From: an uncultured Planctomycetia bacterium
Lineage (GTDB): Bacteria; Omnitrophota; Gorgyraeia; Gorgyraeales; Gorgyraeaceae
DNA: 64,000 nt
NCBI GenBank assembly: GCA_964415355.1
Contig: CAYPYS010000006.1
Span: 752 to 64,751 of the forward strand
Direction: 5' to 3'
Shown: positions 57,002 to 64,000 of the stretch, piece after piece
How positions within the stretch are numbered: position 1 is the stretch's first letter
Layout: each line of letters starts with the position of its first letter
Position numbers and translations under genes: made by a program
Notes under the pieces: model-generated
Told to the model about the DNA's origin: nothing
Databases searched by the model: none
Seen by the model: only the letters and a program-made list of their open reading frames with translations

Positions 57002-57661
57002 ATGTATGGCGGAAAGAGTTTTAAAATCGCGGTTTTGGTTTCTGTTTTAATCCATTCGGCGCTATTTTTTTCTATTCCTAATCTATCGTTTTTCCCCAGC
57101 AGAAGGTCTTTGGAGAATCTGAGAATCACGTATTATAAGATCAAACAGCAGCCAAAGTCAAAGACTATAGCCAGGAAAAAAGCAAAGCCAGTAGCGCAAA
57201 AACTTCCAGAGATAAAAAAAGATGAGATACTCAGGCCTCCGAGACCTGCCAGGAAAGAGGCAAAAAAGGTCAAGCGCGTGACTAGGCACGTCAAGCCTGT
57301 TGAAAAAAAGGAAGAGAAGAAGTTTGAGACAGTCATCAAAGAAGAAAAAGACGACGCCAGGAAAGCGGCATACATAAGTTATTATCGGGCAGTCAGAGAG
57401 AAAATAAAGCGATACGCTGACAGGAATTATCTAAGGAATCGCAGGCTGGGCGAAGGAGAGGTATTTTTATCTTTTGTCGTGGCTTCCAGCGGAGAGCTTC
57501 TGCATGTTAAGGTGGCTAGCGAAAGGTCTGTGGATGACCCTTTGCTAAGAAATATTGGTATAAATAGCATCAGAGATGCGAGCCCATTTTCTTCCTTCCC
57601 TAAAGGTATGAGTCAATACCAGATTACCTTTAATGTCATAATCGCATTCGAGCATAGGTAG
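57002..57661 (+). CDS. tonB: energy transducer TonB family protein
   Basis: N-terminal TM anchor, Lys/Pro-rich spacer, C-terminal TonB_C-like domain. Confidence 0.6.
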   Translation: MYGGKSFKIAVLVSVLIHSALFFSIPNLSFFPSRRSLENLRITYYKIKQQPKSKTIARKKAKPVAQKLPEIKKDEILRPPRPARKEAKKVKRVTRHVKPVEKKEEKKFETVIKEEKDDARKAAYISYYRAVREKIKRYADRNYLRNRRLGEGEVFLSFVVASSGELLHVKVASERSVDDPLLRNIGINSIRDASPFSSFPKGMSQYQITFNVIIAFEHR

Positions 57662-57670
57662 GCGCGCTTG

Positions 57671-57695
57671 GATTCCCGCTTGCGCGGGAATGACA
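57671..57695. repeat. REP2 copy (one substitution)
   Basis: gattcccgcttgcgcgggaatgaca. Confidence 0.85.
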
Positions 57696-57712
57696 AAAAG
57701 CGCAAAAAAAGC

Positions 57713-57741
57713 TTGACAAAATATCAGGTTTTGGTAAGATA
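57713..57741 (+). promoter_or_regulatory. sigma70-like promoter (TTGACA -35; TAAGAT -10) for groESL
   Basis: read directly. Confidence 0.45.
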
Positions 57742-57752
57742 GTAAAACATTT

Positions 57753-57780
57753 CTGGCACTCCTCTTGTGAGAGTGCTGAT
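57753..57780 (+). promoter_or_regulatory. CIRCE-like HrcA operator
   Basis: TGGCACTC-N9-GAGTGCTGA matches TTAGCACTC-N9-GAGTGCTAA consensus at 15/18 positions. Confidence 0.7.
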
Positions 57781-57817
57781 AACAAAAACCAATAACTATA
57801 ATCAAGGAGGTGTTGGT

Positions 57818-58105
57818 ATGGGAATACAGCCTTTAGGTGACAGGGTTCTAGTAAAAAGGCTAGAGGCAGAAGAGAAGACCAAAGGCGGCATTGTTCTGCC
57901 TGATACTGCAAAGGAGAAGCCGCAAAAAGGAGAGGTAGCAGCTGTTGGCAAGGGTAAGGTGCTTGAAAGCGGCAAGGTCGAGGCATTAGAGGTAAAGAAG
58001 GGTGACAAGATTCTTTTTGGTAAATACGCTGGCAATGAGATCACTTATAAGGATGAAGAGTATCTTATTATGCGAGAGGAAGATATTTTAGCGATATTAA
58101 AATAA
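57818..58105 (+). CDS. groES: co-chaperonin GroES
   Basis: [36 protein letters not shown]; aaggagg RBS. Confidence 0.95.
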   Translation: MGIQPLGDRVLVKRLEAEEKTKGGIVLPDTAKEKPQKGEVAAVGKGKVLESGKVEALEVKKGDKILFGKYAGNEITYKDEEYLIMREEDILAILK

Positions 58106-59773
<1,668 letters not shown>

Positions 59774-59807
59774 TTTAAGCAGGTAAGAGACAAGTAATAG
59801 ACCCCGT

Positions 59808-59848
59808 TGGTAATAAACATTGCCAACGGGGTTTTTTTATTTTCACTC
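59808..59848 (+). terminator. Rho-independent terminator
   Basis: ccccgttggtaataaacattgccaacgggg followed by ttttttta. Confidence 0.75.
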
Positions 59849-59850
59849 CC

Positions 59851-59889
59851 CTAACTTTACACTTTAACGTTGTTGAAATGTAAACTTAG
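59851..59889. repeat. 41-bp palindromic element, copy 17 (subfamily 2, GTT loop; flanked by cccc/gggg and T-run)
   Basis: ctaactttacactttaacgttgttgaaatgtaaacttag. Confidence 0.85.
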
Positions 59890-59899
59890 GGGTTTTGTT

Positions 59900-59928
59900 T
59901 TGACAATAGTTATTGCCTATGATATATT
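59900..59928 (+). promoter_or_regulatory. sigma70-like promoter TTGACA-17-TATATT
   Basis: read directly; upstream of the moxR operon. Confidence 0.5.
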
Positions 59929-59976
59929 TAATGTAATTCATAGCCCCTATATTGAGTATATAAATGGAGGTCGCGC

Positions 59977-60915
59977 ATGCCAAGTCTACATGAGATCCCC
60001 CAGAAATTAATAGACAATATTTCCAAGGTAATAGTAGGGAAGCTCGAGGTCATACAGCTTGTCGTGGCAGGCTTGCTTAGCAACGGTCATGTTCTTTTAG
60101 AAGATGTGCCAGGTCTGGGCAAGACAATGCTTTCGCGCTCCCTTGCAAAATCCATAGCAGCAAATTTCAAAAGATTACAATTTACTCCTGATCTTTTGCC
60201 GTCTGATGTGACAGGCGTTTCTATATATAATCAAAAGAGTCAGGAGTTTGAGTTCAGGAAAGGACCTATATTCGCGAACATAGTGCTTGCTGATGAAATA
60301 AACCGCACGACGCCCAGGACGCAGTCAGCTCTTCTGGAGGCCATGCAGGAGTTCAAAGTGACTGTTGATGGCACGTTGAGAGAATTGCCTCGGCCATTTT
60401 TTGTCATAGCCACCCAGAATCCCATAGAATTTCACGGCACTTATCCTCTCCCTGAATCTCAAGTGGATAGATTTTTGATGCAGCTCGATGTAGGATATCC
60501 GTCTGACAAGGAAGAGACAGATATCCTGGCCAGGAATCTTAAGGAGTCTCCCCTGGAGAGATTGCAGAGCGTGGTTAAGATAGAAGAGATCGTCGAATTG
60601 CAGAATGTGGTGAGCGTGGTCCATGTCGAGAATAAAATATACGATTATATAGTCAAGATAGTTTCGACAACGAGAAATCTACCAGGCGATATTAAACTGG
60701 GCGCAAGTCCTCGCGCGTCTCTCGCGCTAATGCGCTCCGCAAGAGCCCTGGCGTTTCTTGACAAGAGAGATTATGTGATACCCGATGATGTAAAGAGATT
60801 GGCTTATCCTGTCTTAAGGCACAGACTTATATTGCAGCCGAGGTCCATAGTGCGCGGCCTTAATACCAGGGATATCGTGAATCATATATTGAAAAAAGTA
60901 ACCGCTCCGGTTTGA
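59977..60915 (+). CDS. moxR: MoxR-family AAA+ ATPase
   Basis: EDVPGLGKTMLSRSLA Walker A; LADEINRTTPRTQSALLEAM. Confidence 0.9.
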   Translation: MPSLHEIPQKLIDNISKVIVGKLEVIQLVVAGLLSNGHVLLEDVPGLGKTMLSRSLAKSIAANFKRLQFTPDLLPSDVTGVSIYNQKSQEFEFRKGPIFANIVLADEINRTTPRTQSALLEAMQEFKVTVDGTLRELPRPFFVIATQNPIEFHGTYPLPESQVDRFLMQLDVGYPSDKEETDILARNLKESPLERLQSVVKIEEIVELQNVVSVVHVENKIYDYIVKIVSTTRNLPGDIKLGASPRASLALMRSARALAFLDKRDYVIPDDVKRLAYPVLRHRLILQPRSIVRGLNTRDIVNHILKKVTAPV

Positions 60916-60919
60916 GCAT

Positions 60920-62149
60920 ATGTTTACCCCAAAAAGCATATTTCTGCTCATAGTAACCATCGCCCTCCTTGCCATTTCATGGAATACAGACATAACAATG
61001 GTGTACATTTTTTTTACAGTGACGCTTGTTATGTTTGTGCTTTCTTTTGTACACCTCCAGATCACTAAGCCTGATATAGTTATTTCTCGTGAATTATATG
61101 ACACTGCATATGAAGATGATATGCTGAGTGTAAATCTAGATGTGCATAATAAACGTGGTTTCGCTGTTCATTTTTTTGAGATCTGCGATTTTTTTCCAGG
61201 TGCTCCTTTGGATAAAAAAGAGGCGTCTTTATTTGTTTTAAAAATGGAGTCGAATGAGCGCAAAAAAATAAACTATATAACGACCTGTTACAAAAGAGGG
61301 CTCTGGAGGATCGGCCCTATATCAGTTATTTCACAGGACGCGCTCGGGTTTTTTAAGACAAAAAAGCTATTAAAGATTTATTCGGATATTCTGGTTTATC
61401 CGAGATTGTTCAGGGTATTTGCTTTTCCGCCGCTCGCGAGCGGCTCTGCGTCCTGGGTAGGCGTTGAGACATCTAAGATAAGCGGCGACAGTCATGAATT
61501 TTTTGGTATAAGGGAATACCAGCGCGGAGACATGATCAGTCGTATTCATTGGCCTTCGTCGGCAAAGCACAACAAGCTTATCGTGAAACAGTTTGAACGA
61601 AATGCTGTCCAGGAAGTGACGATAGCGTTTGATTTAAAGAAAGGCCATGACATTGGAACCGGCAGAGAGACGACGTTGGAATATGCAGTCAAGATAGCAG
61701 GGTCTATTGCGTCGTATCTTTTAAACGAAGGCGCGCTCGTGCAGATGGTCGGGTATGGCAAGGAGTCGTCGATCCTGCCTTTAGGAAAAGGTGAGTCGCA
61801 CAAGTATAAGATCCTGGAATATCTGGCAAAGATTCAGGCCGACGGCGATTTTAAACTCAGCCAGGCTCTGGATGAAGCGAGTTTTGTTGTTCCTCATCGC
61901 TCAACATTGGTGACTATTATACTGGATAATGATATAGATAGCCTGACCAGCCTTATTCAGTTTAAGGTCAAAGGTATAAAACTCATAATTATCGTGCTGG
62001 CTACTTCGACATTCGGTCCTATTGAAGAAAAGGATTTTATGGATGCGGAACGGGCCAGGAAATTTGACGAGGCCTTAGCCGGACTCGAGGCGTATGTATA
62101 CAAGATCTCCAAAGGAGAGGTCCTGGAGAAAAAGTTTGAGACACTGTAA
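60920..62149 (+). CDS. DUF58 (vWA-like, MoxR-associated) protein
   Basis: N-terminal TM helices; REYQRGDMISRIHWPSSAK DUF58 signature. Confidence 0.8.
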   Translation: MFTPKSIFLLIVTIALLAISWNTDITMVYIFFTVTLVMFVLSFVHLQITKPDIVISRELYDTAYEDDMLSVNLDVHNKRGFAVHFFEICDFFPGAPLDKKEASLFVLKMESNERKKINYITTCYKRGLWRIGPISVISQDALGFFKTKKLLKIYSDILVYPRLFRVFAFPPLASGSASWVGVETSKISGDSHEFFGIREYQRGDMISRIHWPSSAKHNKLIVKQFERNAVQEVTIAFDLKKGHDIGTGRETTLEYAVKIAGSIASYLLNEGALVQMVGYGKESSILPLGKGESHKYKILEYLAKIQADGDFKLSQALDEASFVVPHRSTLVTIILDNDIDSLTSLIQFKVKGIKLIIIVLATSTFGPIEEKDFMDAERARKFDEALAGLEAYVYKISKGEVLEKKFETL

Positions 62150-62152
62150 GTT

Positions 62153-62190
62153 CTAACTTTACATTTCAACAACGTTAAAGTGTAAAGTTA
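62153..62190. repeat. 41-bp palindromic element, copy 18 (subfamily 2)
   Basis: ctaactttacatttcaacaacgttaaagtgtaaagtta. Confidence 0.85.
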
Positions 62191-62202
62191 CGGATGTGAG
62201 AC

Positions 62203-63852
62203 ATGGATAGAGACGCATTATATTTTCATATTTCAAATCTTATCCTGGTTCTTCTAGCGCTGGTAAGCATAGGACCTGTTTTAAATCCTTTTATCGCAAT
62301 GATTCTGATTCCCGGCACTATCGTTGGTTTTATTGTAAGCTGGCAGATAAAGGAACGCAGGCCGCAGCAGATAGATACATTTATCGGGATGCTTTCTCTC
62401 GCCGCCATTATCATTATCTTTGGACGGTTATACGATACAGCTATCGTAGTCGATAATCTCCTGAAGATTTTTTCTTTGGCCTTAGCATGGCTTACATTTT
62501 TTCAAAGCTTCGGCCTTAAAACCGGCAAAAGCTATGCGATGATGCAATTTATATCAGTAAGTTTATTACTGTCGTCTGTTGGCCTGGCCCTCGAGCAAGA
62601 GGCGTTTTACATGGTGCTCCTTACCGTTTTTCTCTTTGTGTTTATTTTTACTATGCGGTTGAATTTGGTGTGCGATAAAAAACGCAAGGGTTCTCATATC
62701 ATAGGTTATCAGCGCGAGATAATGAGCCTGCCTCAGCAGATAAAAACAGTTTCTCTTATGTTTTCGTTTATCTTGATAGTCGCTTCTTTTGTGTATCCGC
62801 TTGTCCCTAGATTTGAAAATATTTCTTTCAGACAGATACCGTCTTCTCTCGTAGGATTTCCTGAGCAGGTGCCTTTGCTCAAGATGTTTGTTAGTGCGCC
62901 GAAAACCGTAGAGGATGACAAAAAGGCCAAAGAAGCGCAATTTGTTGATGACCAGAGCAGGATAAGAGAAATAAATGACAAGAAAACAAGGGATGGCGAT
63001 AACCAAAAAGATTCCGAAGGCAAAGTCGATGGTTCTATTATTACTAGATTCCCGTCAGAGGGCTTTGATGAGAGCATAGATATATTTCAGATAGAATCCC
63101 TTACTATAGATTCAGATAAAGAAGAGGTGGCAGCCGGAGGGCAATGCAATCTCAGCGCAGAAATAAAACTGATAGACGGCTCAGTTATTCCAGTGACCGA
63201 GATCGTTGACTGGAAGGTGACCGGTTCTAAAAAGGTTTCTGTGGATAGAGGTATTCTGGTCCCAAAGGAAAAAGGCCGCATAAGCATTTCAGCCTCATAT
63301 CTGGGTAGTTTTAGCAATGATGTAGACATAAAAGTAACAGAGGCCCTGGGGGCGCAGAGAAAAATAGATTGGATGCGTAGAACGTGGACGATTTTAGCAT
63401 GGTTGATTATATTTGCCTTGCTTGGCTTGTTTTTCTGGGCTTTTATAAGGAGCAGCAGATTAAGAGAGCTGGCGATCAAGGATCCGCGGGAGTTCATAAA
63501 AGAGATATATGTCACGCTGTGCAGGGGATTTAAGATCTATGGCATCCCCAGGCTGGATTGCTTTGCCCATAGAGAATTTTTTGAATTTTCTAAAAAACTT
63601 GTATATTCAAAGCCAGAGCCGTTGTGTATTATGACTGAGAATGTGCTGGAGGCGCGTTTTTCCGCTCATGATATTTCCGCAGAGCATTCGAAGAAAATAT
63701 TGGGATTATTCCATGATGTCAGGAGGATAGTTCTTGGCAGGCCCGGATTTAAAGAGAGCGGGAAGAAATTCTTATTCACCTTGCTCATGTTGGATGTCCT
63801 GATGCTGGGGCAATTTATTGCATGTCATTCCCGTGCAAACGGGAATCCATAA
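62203..63852 (+). CDS. membrane protein with bacterial Ig-like (Big_2) domain, MoxR-operon partner
   Basis: N-terminal TM helices; Big_2-like segment (IDGSVIPVTEIVDWKVTGSKKVSVD); last 10 codons lie in an inverted REP2 copy. Confidence 0.35.
   Translation: MDRDALYFHISNLILVLLALVSIGPVLNPFIAMILIPGTIVGFIVSWQIKERRPQQIDTFIGMLSLAAIIIIFGRLYDTAIVVDNLLKIFSLALAWLTFFQSFGLKTGKSYAMMQFISVSLLLSSVGLALEQEAFYMVLLTVFLFVFIFTMRLNLVCDKKRKGSHIIGYQREIMSLPQQIKTVSLMFSFILIVASFVYPLVPRFENISFRQIPSSLVGFPEQVPLLKMFVSAPKTVEDDKKAKEAQFVDDQSRIREINDKKTRDGDNQKDSEGKVDGSIITRFPSEGFDESIDIFQIESLTIDSDKEEVAAGGQCNLSAEIKLIDGSVIPVTEIVDWKVTGSKKVSVDRGILVPKEKGRISISASYLGSFSNDVDIKVTEALGAQRKIDWMRRTWTILAWLIIFALLGLFFWAFIRSSRLRELAIKDPREFIKEIYVTLCRGFKIYGIPRLDCFAHREFFEFSKKLVYSKPEPLCIMTENVLEARFSAHDISAEHSKKILGLFHDVRRIVLGRPGFKESGKKFLFTLLMLDVLMLGQFIACHSRANGNP
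63823..63847. repeat. REP2 copy, inverted orientation, variant
   Basis: tgtcattcccgtgcaaacgggaatc. Confidence 0.8.
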
Positions 63853-63865
63853 ATACCGTTATATA

Positions 63866-63890
63866 GATTCCCGCTTTCGCGGGAATGACA
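63866..63890. repeat. REP2 copy
   Basis: gattcccgctttcgcgggaatgaca. Confidence 0.9.
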
Positions 63891-64000
63891 AAGAAGCTCT
63901 TGACTTAAAGGCGATATTGCTGTATTATACAAAAATTAAATTAAAAAAACGGAGGTAGGTACAATGGGTATGTGGGTTGGAAGGGGAAGAAAGGCTCGCA

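Noticed and set aside
57753-57770. Sigma54 -24/-12 promoter (TGGCAC-N5-TTG) upstream of groES
   Set aside because: The same bases form one arm of a CIRCE inverted repeat, which better explains the conservation. The GC of the -12 element is GT.
63964-64000. ATG with ggagg RBS at window end (MGMWVGRGRKAR...)
   Set aside because: Only 12 codons are visible, so no family can be assigned. It may be the start of a downstream gene but is unsupported.

Overview
The window is 64 kb from a low-GC, apparently didermic bacterium (it has a TonB-dependent receptor and TonB); the lineage cannot be assigned from the sequence alone. All roughly 60 genes are on the + strand, and TTG/GTG starts are used. About 1-47.7 kb is a very large surface-glycan biosynthesis cluster. 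It contains about 14 glycosyltransferases (GT4 and GT2), three GT-C-fold membrane transferases, and a WecA-type initiating transferase fused to a PglF/WbaP-like N-terminal module. It also contains UDP-GlcNAc 2-epimerase, four SDR epimerase/dehydratases, an RmlD-like reductase, an RmlC/FdtA-like cupin, an AsnB-type amidotransferase, an MBOAT plus AlgJ-like O-acetylation pair, about 9 SAM methyltransferases (one a TylC3-like C-methyltransferase architecture), and four B12-binding radical SAM enzymes (three in tandem at the left edge). 47.7-57.7 kb is a cobalamin salvage/uptake locus: cobO, a cobalamin riboswitch, btuFCD, cobC-cobU-cobT-cobS, a PP-loop ATP_bind_4 protein, a btuB-like TonB-dependent receptor and tonB. 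Then come a CIRCE-controlled groES-groEL and a moxR-DUF58-membrane protein operon. Two dispersed palindromic repeat families are superimposed on this. (1) A 41-bp perfect hairpin element (19-bp stem, 3-nt loop, both orientations, CTTAAG or CTAAC termini) is present at about 19 intergenic sites. It often supplies the stop codon of the upstream gene and partitions the glycan cluster into modules. One copy is composite, with a 33-bp-arm palindrome nested in it. (2) A 25-bp element GATTCCCGCTTTCGCGGGAATGACA occurs in 8+ copies, including one in frame inside a GT4 coding sequence. The most unusual feature is four B12-dependent radical SAM enzymes and a methylation-heavy sugar-modification module inside a repeat-punctuated glycan cluster, directly adjacent to a riboswitch-controlled B12 import/salvage locus.
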